DNA of 64,000 nucleotides from Macrostomum lignano. Taxonomy: Eukaryota. Both the position numbers and the translations under genes were made by a program. This document shows positions 24,201 to 36,308 of the stretch, one piece after another; within the stretch, counting starts at the first letter, position 1; every line of letters begins with the position of its first letter. The stretch is taken from assembly GCA_002269645.1 (NCBI GenBank), contig NIVC01000838.1, positions 124,001 through 188,000 of the forward strand, in the 5' to 3' direction. The notes under the pieces are model-generated. The model was not told the DNA's origin, ran no database searches, and was given only the letters and a program-made list of their open reading frames with translations.

Positions 24201-26125
24201 CAGCTCCCAATCCTCAGTTATCCGCTCTCTCCCAGCTCCCAATCCTCAGTTAACCGCTCTCTCCCAATACCATCTCAGTTATCCGCTCTCTCCCAATACC
24301 ATCTCAGTTATCCGCTCTCTCCCAGCTCCCAATCCTCAGTTAACCGCTCTCTCCCAATACAATCTCAGTTATCCGCTCCCTCCCAATACCCTCTCAGTTA
24401 TCCGCTCCCTCCCAATACCCTCTCAGTTATCCGCTGTCTCCCAATACCCTCTCAGTTATCCGCTGTCTCCCAATACCCTCTCAGTTATCCGCTGTCTCCC
24501 AATACCCTCTCAGTTATCCGCTCCCTCCCAATACCCTCTCAGTTATCCGCTCCCTTCCAATACCCTCTCAGTTATCCGCTGTCTCCCAATACCCTCTCAG
24601 TTATCCGCTGTCTCCCAATACCCTCTCAGTTATCCGCTGTCTCCCAATACCCTCTCAGTTATCCGCTGTCTCCCAATACCATCTCGGTCATTCGCTCCCT
24701 CCCAGTCCTTAGCCATGAAGATCAGCCTTCATTCTTCCCCATCCATCACTCAAATCAGCTCAAATGCCCCGATGCAGCACTGACCGCCGCAGCCCCGGCA
24801 GCAGCAGCAGAAGACCCGGCAGCGGTGCGGCCCGAGTCCTGCACCCGCTGCGCGATGCCAGCCAGACAGGCATTGTCTATGGGCATAACGCAATCGGCGT
24901 AGTCTGTCAGGCAGCGCATTGCCAGCACGCTGTTGTATGGACTAGTGATGACGTCATCATCTTCAGACGGGTAGACAGCGGTGACGAACCTGAGTTAGCG
25001 GAGAGGTTGTACAGGGGTTGCGTTTGAGGTGTTGTTTTTGTGCACCAGGCCCAGATCAATGCCTAGCTCACTGCACCCCCACCTGTACACTTCGGGATAC
25101 TGGTCCCGCAGCAGCTGGAGGATGGCCGTGCCCAGGCCGGAGCCGGTGCCGCCGCCCATGGAGTGCAGCAGGAAGAAGCACTGCAGGCAGTCGCACTGCT
25201 CGGCGCATCTCCGAATGGACTCAGACAGGGCCTCCCGGTGCCTGAGGCCGTATTCGCAGTGCCCGACAGCCCAGTTGTTGCCGGACCCCGACACGTCCGT
25301 GATCAGCGCGGAATGATCGAACACACCGCGTAGTCGGCCTTTCAACAGTTCGCCGACCACGCCCTCCTCCATGTCCACCAGCACTGCGCGAGCTTTCAGA
25401 GCCTGCGGACAAGGAATTGTGGCTCGGAATCCTCATCCTGATCGCAACTAACCATGATAATTCACTCGCACCTGCGACACTTCTCCCTGACCGTTCCTGA
25501 CTCATGGCGATTCTCCCTGACCGTTCCTGACTCATGGCGATTCTCCCTGACTATTCCTGACTCATTGCGATTCTCCCTGACCATTCCTGATTCATGGCGA
25601 TTCTCCCTAACCGTTCCTGACTCATGGCGATTCTCACTGACCATTCCTGACTCATGGCGATTCTCCCTGACCATTTCTGACTCATTGCGATTCTCCCTGA
25701 CCATTCCTGACTCACTGCGATTCTCACTGACCATTCCTGACTCATTGCGATTCTCCCTGACCATTCCTGACTCATGGCGATTCTCCCTGACCATTTCTGA
25801 CTCATGAAAATCCCCTGACTATTTTTATCCCCTGTTTGAAAATTTTATTCTACCTGACGGTTGCTGGCCTGCTATCCTGACCGTTTCTTACCTAAATCCA
25901 GATAAGCTAAGCTTAAATTTCTCCCCAAAATCCCCCACAGCTTCCCTCCCTCACCTGACCCTCGCCGGGCTGCTGACGAAAAAACGTCCCCAGAGAATCG
26001 TCAAAGTCGCCCCGCCGGCTGACGGACGCGTGCTCCCGCAGTGCCAGATCCCAGAACCGGGACCCGATCTGGTTGCCGCACTGGCCAACCTGGACTACAA
26101 TGCTCTGCGTCTGCGGGATTTGCAT
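21225..26125 (-). CDS. TUBE1: Epsilon-tubulin, 457 aa; exons 26125-25955, 25402-25083, 24989-24785, 23902-23369, 21368-21225
   Basis: Diagnostic motifs: QSIVVQVGQCGNQIGSRFWDLALREHA, ARAVLVDMEEGVV, GSGNNWAVGH, HSMGGGTGSGLG, KPFDAMNSIVANLLLNLTASARFSGTLNVDLNEISMNLVPFPRLHYL, AHLHHYTQ and C-terminal PRLKIA. Exon phases (0,2,0,0) are consistent and total 1374 nt. Confidence 0.93.
21610..23355. repeat. 21-bp minisatellite (CAGCTGACTCAAACAGATTCC)n filling TUBE1 intron 4
   Basis: About 80 copies. It produces the spurious ICLSQLG heptapeptide run in ORF 21593-23986. Confidence 0.95.
23965..24690. repeat. Compound 32-bp then 29-bp minisatellite in TUBE1 intron 3
   Basis: CCCAGCTCCCAATCCTCAGTTATCCGCTCTCT grades into CCCAATACCCTCTCAGTTATCCGCTGTCT. 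Confidence 0.9.
25480..25805. repeat. 30-bp minisatellite in TUBE1 intron 1
   Basis: (TTCTCCCTGACCATTCCTGACTCATGGCGA)n, about 11 copies. Confidence 0.9.
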
Positions 26126-26189
26126 CCCCAATTCGCTTTAAGACAATGGCACTTCGAAACGAACCTGGGACAGCTAGATTAAACAAGCA

Positions 26190-26600
26190 ATATGATGGGA
26201 TAAAATCCTAATCTAAAACTTGCACAAAGGATGGGGATAAAAATCCAAATCTAGAACCCGTAAAAAAGGATGGGAATGAAATCTCAATCTAGAATCCAAA
26301 TAATGGATGGGGATAAAATCACAATCTAGAATATGACTAAAGAATGGGGATAAAAATCTTAATCTAGAACCCGCATAAATGATCGGGATAACATTCCAAT
26401 CTAGGATCTACTTAAAGGAAGGGGATAAAAATCCTAAACTATAATCTGACTAAAGGATGGGGATAAAAATCCCAAACTAGAATCTGACTAAAAGATAGGG
26501 ATAAAATCCCAATCCAGAACCCGCATTAAGGATAGGGATAAAAATGCTAATCTAGAATCTGCATACCCGTAAATAATGGGGATAAAAATCCCAATCTAAA
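26190..26600. repeat. Degenerate ~40-bp tandem repeat upstream of TUBE1
   Basis: Recurrent GGATGGGGATAAAAATCCCAATCTAGAA-like units. Confidence 0.75.
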
Positions 26601-27189
26601 GACACACGAGATCGGTAAATAACAAAAAGGTGAATCATTGTCTTGAAAAGTACAAACATTCACCACCGTATGTGTAAAAACAGTTTTACAAATCGTTTTC
26701 CGTGTATATTTTCAACGCCATGGAATGTACACGATAACAGTGGGAATAAGACGCGCTGATTTTTTATGTTGCTAGCAAAGCAAAGAAAACAAGCAAAGCC
26801 AGTAAAGAAGATCATACCGGGACGTACAAGCGTGAAAATTATTTAGATTTATTGGAAATACACTTATTACTATAATCAAAGCTTGGGCAGCATCAAATTC
26901 AACAAAAGTCAGAACAAACAAAATCTATCAATATTGCTTGGCAGCAGGCATGATTTGAGTTGAAAGTGAATACTCAGCAGGAATGTCATGTTTCCATGCA
27001 CTGCCCAGCTGAAGATTGCATGCCACACAGGCGGCGATAACTACAAGTATTAGTTAGAGTTAGAAATAAAATTAAATAATCGATCGAATAACCGTTTGAT
27101 ATTGAAGGGAGATAAGATGGAGTAGGGTAGAGGGAGAGAGAATAGAGGCGAAGAGGAGAGGAAGAGAAAGAGGTAAACAAGGAAAGTGG

Positions 27190-28200
27190 GAGAGGGAAAG
27201 GAGAAGGAGAGGAGAGGAGAGGAGAGGAGAGGAGAGGAGAGGAGAGGAGAGGAGAGGAGAGGAGAGGAGAGGAGAGGAGAGGAGAGGAGAGGAGAGGAGA
27301 GGAGGGGAGAAGAGAGAGAGAAGAGGGGAGAAAAGAGGGAGGAGAGGAGAGGAGAGGAGGGGAGAAGAGAGAGAGAAGAGGGGAGAAGAGAGGGAGGAGA
27401 GGGAGGAGAGGAGAGGAGAGGAGAGGAGAGGAGAGGAGAGGAGAGGAGAGGAGAGGAGAGGAGAGGAGAGGAGAGGAGGGAGAAGAGAGGGAGGAGAGGA
27501 GAGGAGAGGAGAGGAGGGGAGAAGAGAGAGAGAAGAGGGGAGAAGAGAGGGAGGAGAGGGAGGAGAGGAGAGGAGAGGAGAGGAGAGGATAGGAGAGGAG
27601 AGGAGAGGAGAGGAGAGGAGAGGAGAGGAGAGGAGGGGAGAAGAGAGGGAGGAGAGGAGAGGAGAGGAGAGGAGAGGAGGGGAGAAGAGAGAGAGAAGAG
27701 GGGAGAAGAGAGGGAGGAGAGGGAGGAGAGGAGAGGAGAGGAGAGGAGAGGAGAGGAGAGGAGAGGAGAGGAGAGGAGAGGAGAGGAGAGGAGAGGAGAG
27801 GAGAGGAGGGGAGAAGAGAGGGAGGAGAGGAGAGGAGAGGAGAGGAGAGGAGGGGAGAAGAGAGAGAGAAGAGGGGAGAAGAGAGGGAGGAGAGGGAGGA
27901 GAGGAGAGGAGAGGAGAGGATAGAAGAGGAGAGGAGAGGAGAGGATAGGAGGGGAGAAGAGAGAGAGAAGACGAGAGGAGAGGGGAGAGGGAGAAGAGAG
28001 GGAGGAGAGGGAGGAGAGGAGAGGAGGGGAGAGGAGAGAGAGAAGAGGGAGAAGAGAGGGAGGAGAGGGAGGAGAGGAGAGGAGAGGAGAGGAGAGGAGA
28101 GGAGAGGATAGGAGGGGAGAAGAGAGAGAGAAGACGAGAGGAGAGGGGAGAGGGAGAAGAGAGGAGAGAGGAGAGAAGAGAGGACAGCACAGGAGAGAAT
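27190..28200. repeat. (GGAGA)n purine-pure microsatellite, about 1 kb
   Basis: Seen directly. It explains the L/S/P and R/G/E pseudo-ORFs. Confidence 0.97.
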
Positions 28201-28278
28201 GTGAGGAAAGGAGAGGGGAGGATATTGAGCATCCCAAAGCCAGCAGTCCTGCACTTTCCCCAAGACTCAGACCGCCCC

Positions 28279-29701
28279 TCAATCACGCGGCGGAGGCGGC
28301 CTCAGCACTGTGCACTGCAGCGCGTCTGGCGAGCAGGCCTCGTAGACGGCCACCCTGCCGTCGGAGCGCATGTCCCGCAGGACGCAGGCGCAGCCAGATG
28401 TGGCGTCGAATTTATTATAGAAGATCCTCGGATACCGAGTGTTGGGCATCACGTTGTTCGGATCCAAGTTCAGGGCGCCGTTGCAATACACTACGGTTTT
28501 GCCGTCTATAGTGGTGGCATCGCACGGCGGAAAGTTTTCGGCTAGTTGAGATTTGCGCGCCAGGTGCGCGTCGGCGGCGGCTTTCATGCCGCGCAAGTAG
28601 TCGGTCTCCAGCAGGGAGGGGTGGTAGAACCGGCCGCGGCTGTAGCCAACGCACTTGTACTTGCTGAAGTAGAACCTGACGATGTGGTCCATCGGACAAT
28701 CAGTCATTCATCCCTCTATGACCCATTGGATTATCAGTCATCCACCCCTCTATGAACCATTAGCAATCAGTCATCCTTCTCTCCATGACCCATTAGACAG
28801 TCATCCACCCCTCTATGAACCATTAGACAATCAGTCATCCTTCTCTCCATGACCCATTAGACAGTCATCCACCCCTCTATGAACCATTAGACAATCAGTC
28901 ATCCTTCTCTCCATGACCCATTAGACAGTCATCCACCCCTCTATGAACCATTAGACAATCAGTCATCCTTCTCTCCATGACCCATTGGACAGTCATCCAC
29001 CCCTCTATGACCCATTAGACAATCAGTCATCCTTCTCTCCATGACACATTGGACAGTCATCCACCCCTCCATGACCCATGGGACAATCAGTCATCCATCC
29101 CTCCATGACCCATGGGACAATCAGTCATCCATCCCTCCATGACCCATGGGACAATCAGTCACCGTTAATTTCGAGCACCCAGAAAGCGCCCCCAAAAAAG
29201 CAACACGAACCTCTGCCACTCGAACAGGTCCGCTAGCTGAGCTCCGCTCAAGCCGTCCAAATTATCAGAGAAGCTGCCACTCTCGGCGCCCGTATCGCTA
29301 GTAGCGAAATTCCTCGAAGCGTCTCGTCCAGTGAACTGCTCGTACTCGCCCCCAGGCTTATAGAAGGCCGACTCGCTAACGTCGAACACGGTGCCCAGTA
29401 TGGACAGGTGCCTATTACGCTGCAGCTGGGTATCGTCGAACAGAAAGTACAAACAGCTGTTCTGCGCATTCTTCTCGGCAAATCCCTCTTTATTGCTGCG
29501 GCCAAACAATTGTCTGGAGAACTCGGCCACAAGCCGGTGCACTCGCAGGTACGCCGGGAGCAGGCGGCGGGTGAGGCCCGCAGAGCCGAGACCGCCAGTT
29601 GGCAACAGCACGGCAACTAGGCCGCATAGCAAAGCACCGAATAGCAACAGACACCAGGCTGAAGTGCGCATTGTACTTTCTGGCATGAGTAGAAATGCCA
29701 T
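28279..29701 (-). CDS. CYB5D2: Neuferricin-like cytochrome b5 heme/steroid-binding (MAPR family) protein, ~295 aa; exons 29701-29211 and 28675-28279
   Basis: N-terminal hydrophobic anchor, then LSILGTVFDVS, YEQFTGRDASRNF, spliced EWQR|FYFSKYKCVG, GRFY, FPPC and the C-terminal Cys pattern (CACV, YEACSPDALQC). The phase-2 GT-AG intron joins in frame. The start codon is uncertain among three ATGs. Confidence 0.88.
28695..29160. repeat. Alternating ~30/35-bp minisatellite filling the neuferricin intron
   Basis: GACAATCAGTCATCCTTCTCTCCATGACCCATTA alternates with GACAGTCATCCACCCCTCTATGAACCATTA. Confidence 0.9.
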
Positions 29702-29774
29702 TTAAAGTATTGCTTTCTTGGGTAATGGGATTAGCATTATTGCTACGATTTTAAAGTCTGACAGAAAGAAAGCT

Positions 29775-30340
29775 CAGGACCCTTCAGGTCCTTCTAATGG
29801 TCCTCCGCTGCCCCTCAGGCCCTTTTAATGGTCCTCTGATGCCCTTCAGGCCCTTCTAATGGTCCTCTGCTGCCCCTCAGACCCTTCTAATGGTCCTCTG
29901 CTGCCCCTTCAGGCCCTTCTAATGGTCCTCTGCTGCCCCTTCAGGCCCTTCTAATGGTCCTCTGCTGCCCCTGCAGGCCCTTCGCTACCCCTTCAGGCCC
30001 TTCTAATGATCCTCCGCTGCCCCTTAGGCCCTTTTAATGGTCCTCTGCTGCCCCTTCAGGCCCTTCTAATGGTCCTCTGCTGCCCCTCAGACCCTTCTAA
30101 TGGTCCTCTGCTGCCCTTTCTGGCCCTTCTATTGGTCTTCTGTTGCCCCTTCAGGCCCTTCTAATGGTCCTCCACTGCCCCTTCAGGCCCTTTTAATGGT
30201 CCTCCACTGTCCCTTCAGGTCCTTTTAATGGTCCTTCGCCACACCCTTCAGGCCCTTCTAATGGTCCTTCGCCACACTCTTCAGGCCCTTCTAATGGTTC
30301 TTTGCTACCCCTTCAGGCCCTTCTAATGGTCCTCCGCTGT
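29775..30340. repeat. ~32-bp minisatellite (GGCCCTTCTAATGGTCCTCTGCTGCCCCTTCA)n
   Basis: Direct periodicity. Confidence 0.9.
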
Positions 30341-31077
30341 CCCGCTCGGGTCATTAGAACGAATTTGCCCTACCCAAAAACGGAAATACAGCTAGAAATA
30401 TAAAATGACAGAAGTAGTTTCAAGCTCTCAAACAAGAACTGTGAAAGAAAAGAAAATGAAATAGTCACATTAAATTATATTAAGTAGTTGAATTTCGCAT
30501 GATATAAGCATAAACAAGTGCGGTATTCAAGAGGACTACCAGGTGGCCATAATTATTTACAGTCAGACACCGAATCTGCCGCAGAGAACTGAGTGAACGA
30601 CAGAGAGAGAAACAAGACAGACTAACCAGTCCTGTGCAAGCCGTATTAAATAAATGTTATAAAATCGCAATAAAGAATCTTGTGTGCTCTTTTGTTTTTT
30701 TAAAGTTGCCAAAATGTGCATCTTTACTGTAGTAACTACTCGATAAGTAGTATAGCAGCATTATTAAACAGAGTACATGTTGATAAGATAATTAGCGTAT
30801 AAAAAACGCACAAAATTACCGCAGTGTGAAACTGATAATTGCAGGGTAAATAAATGAAGACACTTGAGATCGACAGCGGAGAGAAAACTGCTTAACTTAA
30901 ACACGGCACAGGCTATAAAAGGAATTTTATGGTGCAGTTACTCGCTAACGATAATAACGCACTGATTTGAGAGACCGCGCCTCAGATGGCAGAATGTACT
31001 AAGAATGTTGCTCAGGAATTCAAGCGCAATCAGGGACATTATAGATTTTACGCGTACACAGAGGAGGCTGAGAGATG

Positions 31078-31214
31078 AGGACAGACAGACAGACAGGCAG
31101 GCAGGCAGACAGACAGACAGACAGACAGACAGGCAGACAGACAGACAGACAGACAGACACAGGCAGGCAGGCAGGCAGACAGACAGACAGACAGACAGAC
31201 AGACACAGGCAGGC

Positions 31215-31251
<37 letters not shown>

Positions 31252-31314
31252 GGCAGACAGACAGGCAGACAGACAGAAGGACAGAAGGACAGATTGACAG
31301 ACAGGCAGGCAGGC

Positions 31315-31379
<65 letters not shown>

Positions 31380-31404
31380 CAGGCAGGCAGGCAGGCAGGC
31401 AGGC

Positions 31405-31465
<61 letters not shown>

Positions 31466-31478
31466 CAGGCAGGCAGGC

Positions 31479-31511
<33 letters not shown>

Positions 31512-31545
31512 GGCAGACAGACAGAAGGACAGAAGGACAGATTGA
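31078..31545. repeat. (CAGA)n/(CAGG)n microsatellite
   Basis: Seen directly. Confidence 0.97.
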
Positions 31546-32109
31546 CAGAGATGCTGAGATGTACAGAAAGCCATAGCCAAACTCAAAGTGCGCATACGGT
31601 GCATATAAGACTCAGCAGAGGAAATGTTTTAATCGCAGCAGTTAGGCTACAGTAAATAGTAATGAATTAAAAGACAGCAATAAAAATTAATATAGCAAGC
31701 AATCTATAGACGGACAGAATATTACTGTTTGAATAGAGCAGCTTGTAACCACAGGTCGGGTAGGCATTCATTAAAAAGGCCCAATAACAGGACGCGCCCG
31801 CGCTGCAGTCAGACTTAGCAAAAATGACGAAATGCAACTACTATGAGTAGTAAGTCTGCTATTAGGCAGCTGCTAGCGTGGCGTAAAGCTTAATTGCACT
31901 GCCAAAATACGAGAGCTGCTTGCAACGAAAATTCAAACAATCTGTTGAATCAATCAAAAAGCCATTGCGAGTTTTGGAAATGGAATTATATTTAACCAAT
32001 AGTTCTTTATTTAATGCGGAATATTGCTTGTATCGATAGCTACGGGTTTTAAAGAACTATACGGAGCCACTCCGTTAGGAAGAGCTGCATTGAAGATGAA
32101 GATGGACTG

Positions 32110-32374
32110 AGATGGACAGACAGGCAGACAGACAGACAGGCTGACAGACAGGCTGACGGACAGACAGGCTGACAGACAGGCTGACGGACAGACAGGCTGA
32201 CAGACAGGCTGACGGACAGACAGTCAGACAGAGAGGCTGACGGACAGACAGACAGGCTGACAGACGGGCTGACGGACAGACAGGCTGACAGACAGGCTGA
32301 CGGACAGACAGTCAGACAGAGAGGCTGACGGACAGACAGACAGACAGGCAGACAACAGACAGACAGACACTAAT

Positions 32375-32461
<87 letters not shown>

Positions 32462-32462
32462 G
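32110..32462. repeat. (CAGA)n with GACAGACAGGCT variants
   Basis: Seen directly. Confidence 0.95.
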
Positions 32463-32630
32463 TAGAACACAAGCCAGAAATGCAGGCCTAGAAATAAGAG
32501 GATGGTCAAACTCAATTGACACTAGAAGCCCAAAACCCTCAATATCGAATAAGTAGTTGACAAAACCTATGTGCAATAACCAAAGTGACTTCCCAGAAAC
32601 CCCAAGAAAGTCAGCCAGCCAGCCAGCCAG

Positions 32631-35600
32631 TCAAGGCGGCCCCAAGGCGGCGTCGCAGTCCAGCCCGTTCTCCAGCACCTGCCTGGCCAATCTCAGCTGG
32701 TCGGAGGTGGAGCTGGAGCCTTGCAGAGAGGCCTCCAGCGGCTGGCGGGACTCCTCCAGGAACAGGTCCGGATGGTCGCGGGCGTAGGCGGCCAGAAAGT
32801 GGAAGGCGAAATGGTCGCCTCCGGGCGGGTGCTCCGGCCGGTAATCCAGGGTGCAGCCGGGCGGCACCTGCTCGGACAGCAGATGCGTGTCCTCCAGGGT
32901 GGCCGAAGCTTTGCCGGAATCGTAGCAGGGACCGAATGAGGAGAATGGATCGTAGTAGACTGGCCTGCGGGTGCGACAGCGACACTTTTTGAAATGCATG
33001 CTGCCGTCTTCTCTGCACTTAGCTTCGGGGGTTGGATGGTACTTTCGGGTTTGGATGGTAGTTTCGGGTTTGGATGGTAGTTTCGGGTTTGGATGGTAGT
33101 TTCGGGTTTGGATGGTAGTTTCGGGTTTGGATGGTAGTTTCGGGTTGGGATGGTAGTTTCGGGTTGGGATGGTAGTTTTGGGTTGGGATGGTAGTTTCGG
33201 GTTCGGATGGTAGTTTTGGTTTGGGATGGTAGTTTTGGGTTGGGATGGTAGTTTCGGGTTGGGATGGTAGTTTTTGGGTTGGGATGGTAGTTTCGGGTTG
33301 GGATGGTAGTTTCGAGTTTTGGATGGTATTTTTGGGTTGGGATGGTAGTTTCGGGTTGGGATGGTAGTTTCGGGTTGGGATGGTAGTTTTTGGGTTTGGG
33401 TGGTAGTTTCGGGTTGGGATGGTAGTTTCGGGTTGGGATGGTAGTTTCGGGTTGGGATGGTAGTTTTTGGGTTGGGATGGTAGTTTCGGGTTGGGAAGGT
33501 ACTTTTTGGGTTGGGATGGTAGTTTCGGGTTTGGATGGTATTTTCGGGTTGGGATGGTAGTTTCGGGTTGGGATGGTAGTTTCGAGTTTTGGATGGTATT
33601 TTTGGGTTGGGATGGTAGTTTCGGGTTGGGATGGTAGTTTCGGCGTTTGAATGGTAGTTTCGGGTTGGGATGGTAGTTTTGGTTTGGGATGGTAGTTTCG
33701 GGTTGGGATGGTAGTTTCGGGTTGGGATGGTAGTTTTGGGTTGGGATGGTAGTTTCGGGTTCGGATGGTAGTTTTGGTTTGGGATGGTAGTTTTGGGTTG
33801 GGATGGTAGTTTTTGGGTTGGGATGGTAGTTTCGGGTTGGGATGGTAGTTTCGAGTTTTGGATGGTATTTTTGGGTTGGGATGGTAGTTTCGGGTTGGGA
33901 TGGTAGTTTCGGGTTGGGATGGTAGTTTTTGGGTTTGGGTGGTAGTTTCGGGTTGGGATGGTAGTTTCGGGTTGGGATGGTAGTTTCGGGTTGGGATGGT
34001 AGTTTTTGGGTTGGGATGGTAGTTTCGGGTTGGGAAGGTACTTTTTGGGTTGGGATGGTAGTTTCGGGCTTGGATGGTATTTTCGGGTTAGTTTTTATGT
34101 TTATTTTTCGGGAATATTAACCACACTTTTCAAACTTTTTTACTCGTAAGTTAAATAAACAAGCGATGCTTACTTAAACGGCGCAACTCGATTCCGTTTA
34201 TCCTCTCTGAATCCCACCAGGCAAGGTGTGCCGCTCTGCAGCCGGCCCACCTGCTCGCCAATCGTCATGCCGCCGCCGCCTGCGCGACGCTGCTGCTGCT
34301 GAGACGCGGTGGTCAAAGTTGTCAGAGTTGTTGGCGGTTGATTCGACGAATCCCGACAGCCCGAGGCCGCCGCCGACTGGTCGACTTTGACAGTAGCTGT
34401 TGATGCAGCCGCAGACTCGGCTGTGCCAGGCTCAGGCTGGTCCGGATTGGCCAGCAGCTGGGGATTAAGGCCGAACTGGTTGGTGCCGTTGGCCGCTCGG
34501 ACTATCTGCGACTCCAGCGCGACCAGGTTCTCCGACATCACCTGCGGTTACATTGGCGAGTGGCCGTATCGCTTTATGGGGGCAGTTACCGATCGGGTAT
34601 GCGGGAGGCGGCGGTGTAAGGGGTGTAGGGGGGATCTCTTTGGGGTGTAAGAGGGCGGTCGGATCTCTTTGGGGTGTAAGAGGGCGGTCGGATCTCTTTG
34701 GGGTGTAAGAGGGCGGTCGGATCTCTTTGGGGTGTAAGAGGGGGCGGTCGGATCTCTATGGGGTGTAAGAGGGGGCGGGCGGATCTCTTTGGGGTGTAAG
34801 AGGGCGGTCGGATCTCTTTGGGGTGTAAGAGGGCGGTCGGATCTCTTTGGGGTGTAAGAGGGCGGTCGGATCTCTTTGGGGTGTAAGAGGGCGGTCGGAT
34901 CTCTATGGGGTGTAAGAGGGGGCGGTCGGATCTCTATGGGGTGTAAGAGGGGGCGGGCGGATCTCTTTGGGGTGTAAGGGAGGGAGCGGACCTCTATAGG
35001 GTGTAAGTGTAAGGGGGGCGGATCTCTATGAGGTGTAGTGGAGGGGAGCGGACCTCTATGGGATGTAAGGGGGCGGATCTCTATAGGGCGTAGAGGGGGC
35101 GGATCTCTATTGGGTGTAAGGGGGCGGATCTCTATAGGGTGTAAGGGGGCGGATCTCTATTGGGTGTAAGGGGGCGGATCTCTATTGGGTGTAAGGGGGC
35201 GGATCTCTATAGGGTGTAAGGGAGTGGATCTCGATGGGGTGTAAAAGGGAGGGCTGATCGCAGAGGCGGGCCAGTTTTGATAGGCTTTAAAGGCGTTGTT
35301 CATTATTTTCAAATCCCGAACCTGAGCGGCCTCGCGCAGAGCCGGATCCCGCGCGTGCCGCCGTCTGAACGCTTCCACCATGGCCAACAGGTCGCGCCGA
35401 AACGCGCCGTAGGTGACGTAGCGACCGGCGCGAATCATCAGCCGCATGCTGTGCAAATCGGTTGGCGGCCGGCTGCCGACAGTTGCGGCCGAAGCTCCAG
35501 CGGCGTCCAAAGGTGGATAAGCGAAATGCTGGCTTGGGTCGGTGCGCTGCAAAGCGTCGACCAGCCGTTCCAGAGCCTGGCGCAACGGCAAATAGCCGGT

Positions 35601-36308
35601 GGCTAGAGGTGCCTGGTGGGCCAACGGTGTTGTTACTGAAGGCGCCGCTGACGGAGGCGGCTGTGGCTGCGACGGCTGCGGCTGCGGTGGAGCTAGCGAC
35701 GAACCGGACGTTGGCGCCGGCGGCTGCAGCGGCGGAGGAGGCAGTGGCGGCGGCGGCGGAGGTGGAGGCGGCGACATCAAAGAATTGGACGCGGACGCCG
35801 GCCTCTTAGTTGGGGTTGAGGCGGGCGAGTCGCCGCAGCCGGCGCTCTGCATCACGCCAGGCGTTGGTGCGTCGTCATCGTCGGCAAAGATGGCGCCCTC
35901 GGGCAGCGGCTTGGGCGGGCCGTCGTGCACGCCGGGGTTCTTATTGGCCACGTGGCGATTCCGGGACCACTTGGTGTTGAACCAGAGCGGGCAGCGGGGC
36001 ACGGTGCACCTGTAAACAATCTTCAGGTGCACCGACTTGAAGTGGACGCGCAGTGCGGCTTTGTCATAAAGCGACTTGTCGCAGGACGGGCAGATAACGC
36101 GGGACTTGCCATCGGGACCGTCGGCATCGAGCACGACAGCCTCGTGCATCACCTGGGCCAGCTTGCGGCGCAGCGTCATCCGGCTGGGCGACAGAGAGGC
36201 CGCGTCGGCACCGACGTCGCTGTCGCCGCAGTCGCTGCCGGCGGCGCTGGCGCCAATAGCGGAGTTGGCCGCCGATCCGGTGCCATCAACTTCATCCATG
36301 TCGGACAT
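32631..36308 (-). CDS. Basonuclin/Disconnected-type C2H2 zinc-finger pair fused to a BRD7/9-like bromodomain and the BRD7/9 downstream conserved region; ~562 aa; exons 36308-35322, 34541-34174, 32964-32631
   Basis: RVICPSCDKSLYDKAALRVHFKSVHLKIVYRCTVPRCPLWFNTKWSRNRHVANKNPGVH is the basonuclin/Disco signature. PLRQALERLVDALQRTDPSQHFAYP resembles the BRD7 alphaZ helix. GRLQSGTPCLVGFREDKRNRVAPFK|PVYYDPFSSFGPCYDS resembles BRD7/9 GRLQSG..GFKEDKRNKV..YGPYSSYAPHYDS. GT-AG introns of phase 0 and 2 join in frame. The 3' end is uncertain. Confidence 0.82.
33030..34090. repeat. 19-bp G/T-rich minisatellite (GGGATGGTAGTTTCGGGTT)n in intron 2 of the ZnF-bromodomain gene
   Basis: About 55 copies. Confidence 0.95.
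34620..35235. repeat. 25-31-bp G-rich minisatellite in intron 1 of the ZnF-bromodomain gene
   Basis: GGATCTCTTTGGGGTGTAAGAGGGCGGTC grades into GGATCTCTATAGGGTGTAAGGGGGC. Confidence 0.92.

Noticed and set aside
26986-28286. 400-aa L/S/P-rich and R/G/E-rich ORFs
   Set aside because: Translations of (GGAGA)n.
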